A stretch of 64,000 bases of DNA from Mobula hypostoma (GCF_963921235.1 NC_086097.1:198278001-198342000), one strand, 5' to 3'; positions 24,365 to 36,902 are shown, counted from the first letter of the stretch. The notes: generated by a model from the sequence alone, not told the origin. Translations and numbers: made by a program.

Positions 24365-25290
24365 GGCAAGGTCTGCACACCATCGCAGACTTCAAAGCTA
24401 AATGCAGTGGAGTTTCCAACATTGATGCCTCTCTCCCAGATGAGCTAAATCTTTTTTACGCTCGATTCAATGTCGCCAATACAGAACCCCTGAGGAGACC
24501 TGCAGATGATGTGACCAGCAGCTTGGCCATCTCTGAGGCCAAAGTATGCAGGTGTTTCCAACGGGTGGACAGTCGCAAGGCCATGGGAGTGGACAGTATC
24601 CCAGGGCGAGGACTCAGGATGTGTATGGCACAACAGGCTGGTATGTTTATAGACATTTTCAATCTCTCCCTCTCCCAGTGTAGAGTGCTCTCCTGCTTCA
24701 AAACATCCACCATTGTTCCTGTGCCTAAAAAGACCAAGGTAACATGTATGAATGACTGGCGTCCTGTCACACTCACCTCAATAATAAACAAATACTTTGA
24801 GAGGCTGCACAAGGACTACATCTGCAGCATGCTGCCACCCACACTGGACCCCCTACAACTCGTCTACCAACACAACTGGTCGACAATAGCTACAGCTCTA
24901 CACACTGTTCTTACACATCTGGAGAAGAGGGTTGCTTATGTGAGAATGCTGTTCTTCGACTACAGTTCAGTATTCAACCCCATAATACCCTCCAGGCTTG
25001 ACAAGTAGCTCAGAGACCTCGGCCTTCACCCTGCCTTGTGTAGCTGGATCCTTGACTTCCTGTCAGATCGCCGGCAGGTGGTAAGAGTGGGCTCCCTCCC
25101 TTCTGACCTTCAGCAGAGTTGCCTTGCTGTGCATGGGAGGGGCAAGCTGGGGGGCGCTTTGCGGTTCTAATGTTTAATTATCACTTATTCTTTGGCGCAC
25201 TCCTCTTTTTCATGGATGTTTGCAAAGAAAAGAATTACAGGATGTATATTGTATACAATTCTCTGATATTAAATGTACCTGTTGAACCTA
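24365..25290 (+). mobile_element. Rex1/Babar fragment with internal deletion
   Basis: ORF 24511-25008 (WRPVTLTS, DPLQ, YVRMLF); same family as 5256-6172. Confidence 0.88.
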
Positions 25291-26121
25291 TATGGTTCAG
25301 AAGCATTTATTAATTTACAGTCAAACTTTTAGCCTGTTCTCAGGTTTCCATTTTAGGAAGCCAAATGCTGGCAAATTAAGCAAGATTAATCTACTAAGGC
25401 AAAATAGTTAAATTTGGTAATAACCAAGGGGCTCTAATTAGAGTTATATTGAAACGTCACAGTTCTGGAGAGATTGTAGAGCCAAGGAGGGGAAAGACCA
25501 AGGATGGCTTGGAAATAAAGAGTGACAATTTAAAAACTGAGACAGTGCTTGAGTTTGGTGTTGAAGGAGAAGAGGTGAAATGATGTGCATTTTGATATAG
25601 GCAACAGTGTTCTGAACTCGTTTAGATTGAATGACATCAGTTGGAAGTATATCAGAATAACTAAATTGTAGACATAACGAGAGCATCGATGATTAATTTT
25701 GCACAGGTCAGATAGAAATGGGATAATATTGTAGGGATTAAGATAGACAGTATTAATTTTTCTAAGGGTTGCTTTCACTCTTATGAATGAAATTAATATT
25801 GCATTACATTTCTGAAAGCTCTAATTCTGCTTAAAGGAAAGGTCAGCCTCTGGGAAAGATCAAGAGGGTGTTGCACCATGCTCCTGATATCATGCTGAAA
25901 TTTTTAATAGCATCCTGCATCCTCTACAAATTTAGGACTCCAAAGAGTACCGACTGAAGTCTTTTTAATATGAGAGAGACAGAAGCTGAATGTGCTGTGG
26001 CGAACCTCTGAGAATTGAAGATCAGGATCAGAACCAGCAACAGTAAAGATGTCTATTTGAGCATTACAAAAAGGTTTTAGTATTTAACTCATTAAAAATA
26101 CATAATAATAAACACACTTAC

Positions 26122-26204
26122 CTATATTTTTTCAACTTTTCACTGGATATTAGCCCTTTTTGCTTCAAAGTATCTCTTAAACTCTCAGGGTGTGTGAATG
26201 ATTG
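26122..26204 (-). CDS. Candidate 83-nt coding exon QSFTHPESLRDTLKQKGLISSEKLKKY(R)
   Basis: Consensus donor ag|gtaagt, weak acceptor atatttag, one open frame ending in phase 2. Confidence 0.4.
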
Positions 26205-26459
26205 CTAAATATTGCATCTTCTAGGACAAAGATCATCTCAAGTGAAACTGTTAAATAATGCAATACATCTATGAAATACCTTAACTCTGGAATCAGTTTC
26301 TTAGGAACCTGTGTTTACTCGCATTCCTATTGGAATACTGGTGAAAACAAACCTATTGAAAACACTAATGAATTGAAACCATGAGTCAGAATACATTAGA
26401 TATCCTGCTGGTCCCAACAGACATTAGTTTAAGTAATAAAGGTCAAACAGTCAATGACA

Positions 26460-26780
26460 TACACTCAGTGCCCACTTTGTTAGGTACCTGCTGTACCTAA
26501 TAAAGTGACCACTGGGTAAATGTTTGTGGTCTTCTGCTGCTGTGGCCCAACCACTTCAAGTTTTAATGTGCTGTGTGTTCAGAGTAGCTCTTCTACACAC
26601 CACTGTTTTAACACATGATTGTTTGAGTTACAATGCGGTCCTGGCGGCTTGAACCAGTCTGGTCATTCTCCTCTGACCTCTCTCATTAACAAGGTGTTTT
26701 CATCCACAGAACTACCACGCACTGGATTTTTTTTTTGCTTTGTTTTTCACACCATTCTCTGTAAATTCTAGAGACTGTTC
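26460..26780. mobile_element. Tc1/mariner-type non-autonomous element fragment
   Basis: Begins ta-cactcagtg(c)ccacttt..aggtac, immediately followed by its inverted copy. Confidence 0.7.
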
Positions 26781-27150
26781 TGCTTCTTGGGTCTCTTGAT
26801 GTACTTTAGCCTGGTACAGGCAAGACCTGTATCGTTTCAGTCTGTATACTTAGAGAAAGGCACATTGAAATCCTACCAACCTTTGCTGAGGAGGGTACAT
26901 TGATTCCTGAGACCTCAGTTTAGAATTCTTTAAATGTGGACCCAAAATCTACATTATCACAAGTTTTTCTCCCATTGGACAAAGGTTACTTGATGAAGTC
27001 GATGTACCATTTCCACTAAGATTCTGGACAAGTCTCCGTTACTGTGCAGAAATTAAGGACACTTGTGCAAGCATGTGTGCAATCCATTGAGATTATCTGC
27101 CAAACAGCTAATTTTCCAACTTTGCTCCTCAATAAGGAGTTCAATGATAG

Positions 27151-27248
27151 TTCCTGACGAAGGGTCTCGGCCTGAAACGTCGACTGCGCTTCTTCCTATA
27201 GATGCTGCCTGGCCTGCTGCGTTCACCAGCAACTTTGATGTATGTTGC
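27151..27248 (+). mobile_element. 98-bp PLE terminal fragment carrying a hammerhead motif
   Basis: ctgacga-agggtctcggcct-gaaacgtc-gact; perfect 11-bp TSD ttcaatgatag at 27140-27150 and 27249-27259. Confidence 0.85.
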
Positions 27249-28051
27249 TTCAATGATAGAGAGCATTTTGCAAGAATGTTCTTGCTACATTGACAACAGC
27301 TCATAATTTTTTTACCTGCTACTAAACTTCAGTTCTCTTGTTCTTCAAATATGCAAAGCAAGGGATTAGGTGTTTGTGGGCAAGAGTTATTCCTTAGAAT
27401 ATGGAACACTACAGCACAGGATTGGGCACTTCCACCCAACGTGCCTGCCACCACCATGATATCACTCTAAACCATCTGACTGAACGTGGTCTATATTTCT
27501 TTATTGTCTGCTTGAACATGGTCTGAATCCTTCTATTGCCTGCCTCTTCATGTGTCTGTCTAAATGTCTCCTTTAATAAAAGGCTCTTTGTTATTTAATT
27601 GTACTCAGTACCAGCAGTTGATCAGTATTACAATTGAATCATTGAACACATCATTGCAGTCTTTAAAAGTTAACCAGCTGGTTCAGATTTTGTGACTTAA
27701 CTTTGACAAGTGCCATTGCTTCATGGAGAGAAAACCAGACTAGCTCATGAGTCAGGTGGAAGCTCTACTGATACAAAGGTGGAAGAACCCTTATCTGCTC
27801 CAGACACAACTCTTGCTTGCCTTAAGGCATTGAAACCAAGTTCAACTAGAACACATATAACACCTAATATATTTTTTTCAGAGAGTTATGAGAAAATACA
27901 CAGTGGTCAATGAGATACTACCAATAAAATTAGAAGATCCAATAGAATCAGAGGATGGTCTAATGAAGGCACAGAAAATAGGTAAGCAAATACTTTCCCC
28001 ATAGTAGGGGTATTAAAAACAAGGGGACTTGAGCTTCATTTGAGAGTGTTA

Positions 28052-29110
28052 AGGTCATAAGACTTAGGGGCAGAATTGGGCAGTCTGCTCTGCCATTCCA
28101 TCATGACTGAAATTTTCCCCTCTCAACGCTGTTCTCCTGCCTTCTTGTAACATTCTATGCCCTTACAAATTAAGAACTGTCAATCTCCACTTTAAATATA
28201 CCCAGTGGTTTGGCCTCCATAGCTGCCTGTGGTAATAAATTCCGCAGATTCACTACCCTCTGGCTAAAAAATTTCTCCTTGTCTCTGCTCTAAATAGATG
28301 TCCCCTTGTCCTAAGGCCCACTGGTTTTAGACTCCTCCACTATAGGAAACATCCTCTCCACGTTCACTCTTTCAATATTCAATAGGTTTCAATGAGCTTC
28401 CCCTCCACCCTCCGCCATTGTTCTAAACTCCAGTGAGTACAGGTCCAGAGTCACCAAACATTCCTCATAATTTAACCCTTTCATTCCCAGAACTATCCTC
28501 TGGACTCTCTCCAATGCCATCTCATCTTTTCTCAGATTAGGAGCCTAAAACTGCTCACAATACTCCAACTGTGGTCTGACCAATGCCTTATAAAGCCTTA
28601 GAATTACATCCTTGCTTTTATATTCTGTCCTCTTGTAATGAATACTAATATTGCATTTGCTTTCCTTACCACCAACTCAACCTGCAAGTTAACATTTAGG
28701 GTATCCTGACACCCAAATCCCTTTGCACCTTTGATTATTGAATTTTCTCCCCATTTAGAAAATAGTCTACACATTTATTTCTTCTACCAAAGTGCCATAC
28801 TCTATTTCCATACACATTTCCATACTCTATTGATCTGCCATTTCTTTGTCCAATCTCCCAAAATGTCTAAATCCTTCTGCGGACTCACTGCTTCTCAAAA
28901 CTGCCTGCCCCTCCACCTATCTTTGTATCGTCTGCAGAATTTTCCGCAAAGCCATCAATTCCATTATCCAAATCATTGACATATAACGTGAAAAGAAACA
29001 ATCCTCACACTGACCCCTATGGAACACCACTAGTTACCAGCAACAAAGCAGAAAAGGCCCCCTTTATTCTCTCTCATTGTCTCCTGCCAGTCAGTCAATA
29101 TTCTATCTTC
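28052..29110 (-). mobile_element. Decayed 5'-truncated CR1
   Basis: Reverse-complement similarity to the CR1 RT and 3' end at 55600-56712. Confidence 0.85.
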
Positions 29111-29649
29111 TATGTTAATGGGAACCCGAGGGATTAGATTTTTTATACAGAGAGTGATTAATATCTGCCAGAGGAGGCTGTGAAATTTGATACAATTACT
29201 ATAAGGGGAATTTTTACAGGTATTTGGAGAGGCAAGGCACATAAAGATATGTGCCAATATGTGCATATGGAATTAGTGAGAAATGCAAAATGTCAGCATG
29301 GATGTAGAGGGCCCAAGGGCCCATTTATGTGCTGTACAAGGACAGCTGTAAAATCTTTTGTATTACTCTTTACCCTTCACTGCCTTTATTTTAATGTTAT
29401 CTCTTATGAGTATTTCTGTGAGCAGTTTCCTTTTCATTTTGATTCTTAGAGAATGTTATTTAAAAAGACTGCAGGGTGCTACATGGAGAAATGAGAGAGG
29501 CAATTGGGAAATTGGCAAGAGAAGCTGAATTTAAATGAATGTGATAAGTGGAATCTTCGTGACCATGAAAATAAGTGAATATTAATAAAATGCAACAGGA
29601 GTTAATTGGGAGACCATTTCAAACCTGATATGAACTTGAGTACAGGGCT

Positions 29650-30450
29650 ACGGTAGGAAACTTTGTCACATGGTGTGAGCAGAATTATCTGCAGCTTAAT
29701 GTGAAAAAGACTAAGGAGCTGGTGGTAGACCTGAGGAGAGCTAAGGTACCGGTGACCCCTATTTCCATCCAGGGGATCAGTGTGGACATGGTGGAGGATT
29801 ACAAATACCTGGGGATACGAATTAACAATAAACTGGACTGGTCAAAGAACACTGAGGCTGTCTACAAGAAGGGTCAGAGCCGTCTCTACTTCCTGAGGAG
29901 ACTGAGGTCCTTTAACATCTGCTGGACGATGCTGAGGATGTTCTATGAGTCTGTAGTGGCCAGTGCTATCACGTTTGCTGTTGTGTGCTGGGGCAGCAGG
30001 CTGAGGGTAGCAGACACCAACAGAATCAACAAACTCATTCGTAAGGCCAGTGATGCTGTGGGGATGGAACTGGACTCTCTCACAGTGGTGTATGAAAAGA
30101 GGATGCTGTCTAAGTTGCATGCCATCTTGGTCAATGTCTCCCATCCACTACATAATGTACTGGGTGGGCACAGGAGTACATTCAGCCAGAGACTCATTCC
30201 ACCGAGATGCAGCACAGAGCGTCATAGGAAGTCATTCCTTCCTGTGGCCATCAAACTTTACAACTCCTCCCTTGGAGGGTCAGACATCCTGAGCCAATAG
30301 GCTGGTCCTGGACTTATTTCATAATTTACTGGCATAATTTGCATATTACTATTTAACTATTTATGGTTCTTTTATTATTTATGGAGCAACTGTAACGAAA
30401 ACCAGTTTCCCCCGGGATTAATAAAGTATGACTGTGACTATGACTATGAC
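29650..30450 (+). mobile_element. Young Rex1/Babar 3' fragment
   Basis: Unbroken ORF 29701-30300 (KTKELVVD, YKYLG, QSRLYFLRRL, SFLPVAIKLYN); (tatgac)n tail. Confidence 0.93.
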
Positions 30451-31134
30451 TTTGACAAATAAAGTGAGCAAGAATTCCACCAATCCCTGTTCAATGTTAA
30501 TATTTTCTCAATGTCCAAGGCGGTTGTTGGTTGGCTACAGTCCTTTTCTTCCCTTGCTCTGATCTGATGGAAGGTTAACATTAGAAAGTGATAATTTATT
30601 AATAATATCTATACATTTCTGATTATACCACGAATAATGTTGATGTGGCTACTGTGGCATCAAAGGTGCCTGTCATCCTTGGAAGACCAATGTTTGTATT
30701 CACAAGACGAGATGGAGCTTTGCATTAAGTGCACATGATTATGCTATTGTGATACTTATTGTTGCATGCTTTTAATATTTAAAAATTGTACCTGCATAAA
30801 TGGAACATAATATTTAAAAATGACCCTAGCTTTGTGGATTTCATGATGAATTTATTGTCCATAAAAGGCAAGGAAGACAGATTAAATAGTGAATAAACAA
30901 GATGGGATTATCTACAGCACAGTAGTCAATAAAAATAAGTTAACAACTAGATCATGCAAATTGAATTATAGACATTAAGGGATGAATATCTCATTTCTCA
31001 CGAAAATTGGCTTCATGAAATAATTGAGGTATAACAAAAATATATTTTTTCCTGAACAAAAGTTTTTTTTAAAGAACATCTACAAACATTTGTACTATTA
31101 ATACAGAAAAAAAGGAAATACCTCTGATCTGTTA

Positions 31135-31470
31135 TCAGAATCAGATTCAAGTTTAATATCGCAGATATTCATCATGAAATTTGTTGCTTTGCGGCAGCAC
31201 CACAGCGTAATACATAATATTTACTATAAGTTACAAAATAAGTAGTGCGAAAGAGAAAAAAATGAGGTAATGCTTATGTGATCATGGACCGTTCAGAAAT
31301 CTGATGGTGGAAGGGAAGAAGTTGTTCTTCAAATGTTGAGTGCAGGTTTTCAGGCTCCTCTACATCCTCCCTGATGGTACTGAGGTGAAGACAGCATGTC
31401 TTCGATGGTAAGGGTTTTTAATGATGGATGCTACTTTCTTGAAGCACTGCCTCTTGAAGATGTTCTTGAT
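31135..31470 (-). mobile_element. Rex1/Babar 3' end relic
   Basis: tcagaatcaga tail; similar to 19086-19470. Confidence 0.8.
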
Positions 31471-32074
31471 GGAGGGGAAGGGGTGGAGTTAACAGTCAGA
31501 ATGTAATAAAAATATGAGTATTTTTAGATCTTTTGTTATTGGACTCAACTGACCTGTTGATACGACTTTAAGTAAATTCTAATAGTAATAATGTATATTA
31601 TGTCAGAAGGAAAGATCAATTTTCCTTTAGTTTGCACATTCCAAATTCATTCTAAGTTACAGCAATGGCAATAGTTCTCAGGTGAAGCTGCTTTTGTGGA
31701 TTTGACACGTTTGGGGTGTAAATTGCATGTGAAAGCTAGTACTGACTGTATAAAACTCCATTATCTTGGAAGGTTCATTCTGTTTTCTCCAGTGTTATTT
31801 CAGCTACTACACATTGGATTTAGGTTATATTTGCTGAACAAATAATAAAGGAGTGAAGTGAAACTACTTCATTTCAGATATGTTGTAAATTCATTTTGGC
31901 TTCCATAGAGAAGAACTGCAAATATTTTCTTGATTGAAAACTATTGGAGTGGAATGATGGAGAATTCAAATACCTTTTATTTCACTAAATTCTGCTTGAT
32001 GGAGCTGTGGACATGGTTCCAAATGTCTAAGATGTCTTGCTGAGTATTTTCTTATTTTTATATTCCTTTACTGC

Positions 32075-32490
32075 ATGCAGTAGAAGGAGGCCACTTGGGT
32101 TATCTAGTACTGGGGTTCCCAACCTTTTTAATGCCATGGACCAATACCATTAAGCAAGGAATCTGTGAAATGCAGACAGGGAACCCCTAATCTAGTATAT
32201 GCTGGTTCTTAAAGCAATTCTGTTAATTAAGTTCTCCAATTTATTGCCTATGACCTATTTTCTCATACATACATATTGATGCCCACTTGATTCTCCCACC
32301 TGCTACTTGCAACAGTGGTGGGGTACAGAAGCCAATTAACCTAACCACCAGCATATCTTTAGGACGTGGGATAGGAGCAGAGCACCTGGGGAAACCCATA
32401 TGTTCAGGGGAAAAATGTACAAACAATGCAGGTCCTATTTGAACAGGGCTGTGAGGTAGCTGCACTATCTGTAGTAGCACGGTGCCATTC
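32075..32490 (-). mobile_element. Decayed HE1-like (V-)SINE
   Basis: Characteristic text taacctaacc..tcttt..gtggg..gagcacctggggaaacccat and a tRNA-like head at the right end. Confidence 0.65.
32110..32189. mobile_element. 80-bp hAT-type MITE
   Basis: TIRs ctggggttccc / gggaaccccta; perfect 8-bp TSD atctagta at 32102-32109 and 32190-32197. Confidence 0.88.
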
Positions 32491-32631
32491 ATTTAAGAGG
32501 CTGCAGTCCTTTTACACTAGGCTCTTTGTACTACACCTTCTGATTCCAAAGTGTCTACCACCCAGAAAGACAGAAGTAGATACATGGTTAAATCACTACC
32601 TCTTTGGTCTATTTCAAATCACATACCATCC

Positions 32632-33046
32632 ACACAAAATGCTGAAGGAATTCAGCAGACTAGGCAGCATCAATGGAAAAAAGTACAGTCGATGTTTCGG
32701 GCTGAAACCCTTTGGCAGGACTGGAGGAAAAAAAGCTGAAGAGTAGATTTAAAAGGTGGGGTTTGAGGGGAGAGAGAAACACCAGATGATAGGTGAAACT
32801 TCTCCAGCCATGTATCTCTTTCACCAATCAACTTCGCAGCTCTTTACTTCATCCTTCTCCCTCTTAGTTTCACCTGTCACATATGAAGGGAATCTACTCC
32901 TCAGCGTTGTTTCTACAGTCCTACCGAAGGGTTTCGGCCGAAACGTCGACTGTACTTTTTCTCATAGATGCTGCCTGGCCTGCTGAGTTCCTCCTGCATT
33001 TTGTGTGTGTTGCTCAGATTTCCAGCATCTGCTGATTTTCTTTTGT
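32632..33046. mobile_element. Fold-back pair of PLE terminal repeats with decayed hammerhead motifs
   Basis: Inverted arms; motifs at 32686-32723 (-) and 32916-32952 (+); TSD tcacataccatcc / tcacatgccctcc. Confidence 0.85.
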
Positions 33047-33321
33047 TCACATGCCCTCCTAATTTGTTTTATTTCAAATTCCAGTGGCAAAATTCTGGAT
33101 GCTCATTTGGAAGAGCTGTCAACAAGAGAAGAACAACAATTGATGAATGCGGCTTATCACCATATTTTTGATGTCAAAAAGAATTCTGCAAAAATTGTTT
33201 GGTTTATAGGTGGTGCCCAACTTTGAATAAATAAGAAAATTAATGATCTTTGATAGTAGCGCAAGTTGTGTTCACAGCAAGTCAGCAGCACTGAATGCAA
33301 TCTGAATTTCATTTTCAAAGA

Positions 33322-33556
33322 GCAAGAACAAAATGCAGGAGAGATTTAACAGGTCAGGCAGTATTTATGAAGGGAAATGGATCTTCAAATTTTGGGATGC
33401 GACCCTTCATCTGGACTGATGAAACATACCTGCAGTGCAGATAAGAGGTCTCGACCCAAAGCATTGACTGTCCATTTCCCTTTATAGATGTTGCCTGACC
33501 CACTAAGTTTCTCCAAGATCTTGATTTTTGCTCTGGATTTCAGCATCTGCAGTGTC
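33322..33556. mobile_element. Older fold-back pair of PLE terminal repeats
   Basis: aggtcaggcagtatttatgaagggaaatgga is inverted relative to tccatttccctttatagatgttgcctgacc. Confidence 0.7.
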
Positions 33557-34413
33557 GAATACCTCTTCTTTTACAAAGGCACTACCCCGACCAATTCTTG
33601 CAGCAATATTCTGGGGCTCTGATGATTAAACTTTGACAACCCAATAATTTTAGCCCCTGGAAGCTTTCTGCTTTGAATTCCAGTGGTCTCAGTTCAATTC
33701 AGGCTTGTTTGTGCCAAACTAAGGAAATTCTGCCTTAATGTGATGGTAGCAAATTTTCACCTTTCCTCCGGAGAAGAGACGTTCTGATGGAACCTAAGAT
33801 GCATGTCTGATGTCTGAAGACACTGATGATTGTTTTTCCTTCACTTTGAGGAAGATTAAGAAATTTTTGTTAAGATGTCAAGTTGTCAAGATTTCCTGCT
33901 TTCTTTGTGGATTGTTCATTTTCTAGTTGTCAGTAATAGCTACACTCTGATAACACATTTTGCTTGAATTATTGCAATATCATGTACTTACATTATTAAC
34001 TTAAGAAAATTGGATTTATATTGTATGTTTTGTGATATCATGACACTTCACAGTTAATAAAATACTGATATTGTACTGTTATAATATAAACACGTACCTT
34101 GAGAGATTGGAAGTAATTAACTACTTTAATTAGCAATAAGTAATTTAATAGATAATGCAATTATCAATGCTTGATAACTACACCTATTCACTATCATTGC
34201 ATTGAGGAACAAAATATTTAAATAAAAGATTAATTTCAAGTTCAGTCCCTGTGAACAGGTACAAGGATAGGAAGGATTTAGAGGGATATAGTCCCATTTG
34301 TCTGTATTTGGCCCAAGCTGGAGAAGGTACTTGGATGGGTTGGCAAAGGACCAATTTCTATCCTGTGTAATACTATGACTCTACAACTTTGTGGGAAAGA
34401 AGTCTATATTTGC

Positions 34414-34750
34414 GGGCCAGCTGGTGGCGCAATGACATCGGCGCTGGACCTGGGAGCGGAGGTTCCCTGGTTCAAAACCAGTCGGGTCCGCTCCCAAGTA
34501 CGCTTTCCATCCGTGCCGGGTTGAGTGTCGAGATTGCAACTCGACTTCACAAAATAAAGGGAAAAATACTGGAAAGATGTCTGTGTGAGGAGTGGCACGC
34601 CACACAGTCTCTCTCTCACTCCACGCCTTGTAAAAACCAGGAAAAAATATCATCACGGATGTGCGCACGCACATGCAGACGGACACGCACACATAGAGAC
34701 TCACACGCACACACAGAGACTCACACGCACGCAGGCACATGTCAAAAAAA
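34414..34750 (+). mobile_element. tRNA-derived SINE with A-tail
   Basis: A box tggcgcaatga (34425-34435), B box ggttcaaaacc (34469-34479), CA-rich 3' part, oligo(A), 14-bp TSD aagtcta(t/c)atttgc at 34400-34413 and 34751-34764. Confidence 0.88.
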
Positions 34751-35549
34751 AAGTCTACATTTGCATGGTAAATTGGTATTGAGGGCTAGAGCTAGAATGG
34801 TGTGTACTGTCCGTGTAGCTGCAGGCTTCTTCACCTATCGTCAGCAAAGAGGATGCCCCTGTGACCTGGGAAAATCCCAACATGATATCAAGCATGCCTC
34901 AACAAATCTCTGGACAGCCTTGCTTCATCTGCCATCCAGATTGCTCTCCTTACTGGGGGTAAAATTAACTGCAGATTTCATTATATCTCCTGCTTCTAAA
35001 ATCCTTTTAAACGATGCACCATAATTGATGGGTCTGGGTTTGTAACAATGGTTTTCCTTATCAGAAGTTTCATAAAACCTCAGAGAAATGTTGGATTAGA
35101 GCAGCTTGAATTAAAACTGCTCCACAAGCTCATTCCATCTGTTGACTTATCCACCACCACCTGTCATCAAACTACCATTTACAGCCTTGTTAGGAAGTTA
35201 AATATCCTTAAAGAGTCTGTGAACAAATGGTGGCATGGTACCATGGTAAATATTAGAAAATGTAATTATAACCTCAAAGGACTTTACGGGAAGGTGTTTA
35301 CCATAAAGTTAAAAAATACAAAAAAAAACTCGTTTTATTTTGCAAAATCTGAATTTGCTACAGAAAATTGAATGTCCCATATAACTATTGCTATGGAGAA
35401 AAATAGTACCAAACTCTGCAAATATAATATTGGAAAAGATCCTTTACTACTGGAATTTCGTTTTCCCTGTTCTAAGTGGCCAATGAGAACAAAACAACTC
35501 CATGGAAGAGTATGCAGTGTATTTATTACCTTTCTGAGATTTAGACAGA

Positions 35550-35663
35550 ATATATATGGAGGAATTTAAGGTGGGGGGTTATATGGGAGGCGGAGTTTAA
35601 GGGTCAGCACAACATTGTGGGCCGAAGGGCCTGTACTGTGCTGTACTATTCTATGTTCTATGT
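35550..35663 (+). mobile_element. CR1 extreme 3' end
   Basis: Closely matches 22995-23102; (ttctatg) tail. Confidence 0.85.
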
Positions 35664-36643
35664 AGGCACTAGTAATTAAACTCATAAAAATGGGATAATT
35701 GCAAAGCTGGAAGACATTTGAAAATTGACATTAGCTTGATTCTCCTGTGTTAGTAGTAATTATATAGAACTGTCAAAAAAGCTTGTCTTTTTCTGAGACG
35801 AAGATGCACAAGGTTGTTCTATGTGATTTTGTTTTCATATTTCTACATAGATTTGTCAGTTGGTAGGTTTCAGTGTCCGAGAATAAACAATACTGGGTGC
35901 CAAATCAATGCTGCGCATGAAGCCTATGGCTTGACACGTGATATCATTAAGTGGATCGTTGCATTTCATTTGTGCCTTGTCTACCTCCTGTACTCACACC
36001 ATTTATTGGAAGTCACACTAATCTGGGAAATGAAAACAATGCGACAATAATTAGGAAGACCAGACATCCTTGTTTCTCTTGACTTGTCTGGATATTATTC
36101 CTTTTGGCTATGGCTGGCAATTAGGTTACTGCTGGGTTGTTATTTTTTTCCTGAATTTTTGTATTTGTCATCAAGTCAACTAGGGTGAATAGGGTATAGA
36201 TAATAAAATGTTAAGTTTAGTTTTAAAGACATCCCATCACTTTCTCTGAACTTTTAAGTCCCAATTAATGCTTGAGAAATCGATTTAACTATATTTTTAA
36301 CTAGCTTTGCATTGTGTTTATGATAACTTATGGTGACACGATAGCTACATCACGGGGATCAAACTGCTGGGGGTACTATAGAACCTAGATCAGTACTGGG
36401 ATGAGAACTGATCTCAGGGAAGTGTTGAAGTGGCTGGTTGGTTCCTCATTAACAGGCAAAGTTACTGTGCATATAAAAGTTTTGGGCTGCTGCAACATCA
36501 AAGGTAGAATTCTGTTATAGTAATGTAGTTCTTCGCCAAAATATTGTCCAGCAAGGTTCATTCTTGAAGGTAACATAGACTACATCAGTGAGCCTGGTTC
36601 CCAGAAGTAATTTCCAGCATCTAACCTTACCACAGACTCACAC

Positions 36644-36902
36644 GCAAGAGAAAATCTGCAGTTGCTGGAAATCCAAGCAACACACACAAAATGCTGGAGG
36701 AGTTTAGCAGGCCAGGCAGCATCAATGGAAAGGAGTGCAGCTGATGTTTCGGCCGAGATCCTTCAGACCCCTCAGACCCCTCAGACTCCAGACGTTTTGG
36801 GCTGAAGTCCAGCTGAAGGGTCTCGGCCCGAAACGTCGACTGTATTCTTCTCCATAGATGTTGCCTGGCCTGCTGAGTTCCTCCAGCATTTTGTGTGTGT
36901 TG
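36644..36902. mobile_element. 259-bp fold-back PLE-derived mini-element
   Basis: Inverted arms of about 90 bp, hammerhead-like motif at 36806-36842, perfect 13-bp TSD cacagactcacac at 36631-36643 and 36903-36915. Confidence 0.9.

Noticed and set aside
34414..34490. tRNA gene
   Set aside because: No clean cloverleaf; it is the head of a TSD-flanked SINE.
34389..35024. 211-aa ORF
   Set aside because: Runs through a GC-rich SINE and CA repeats; no protein motifs.
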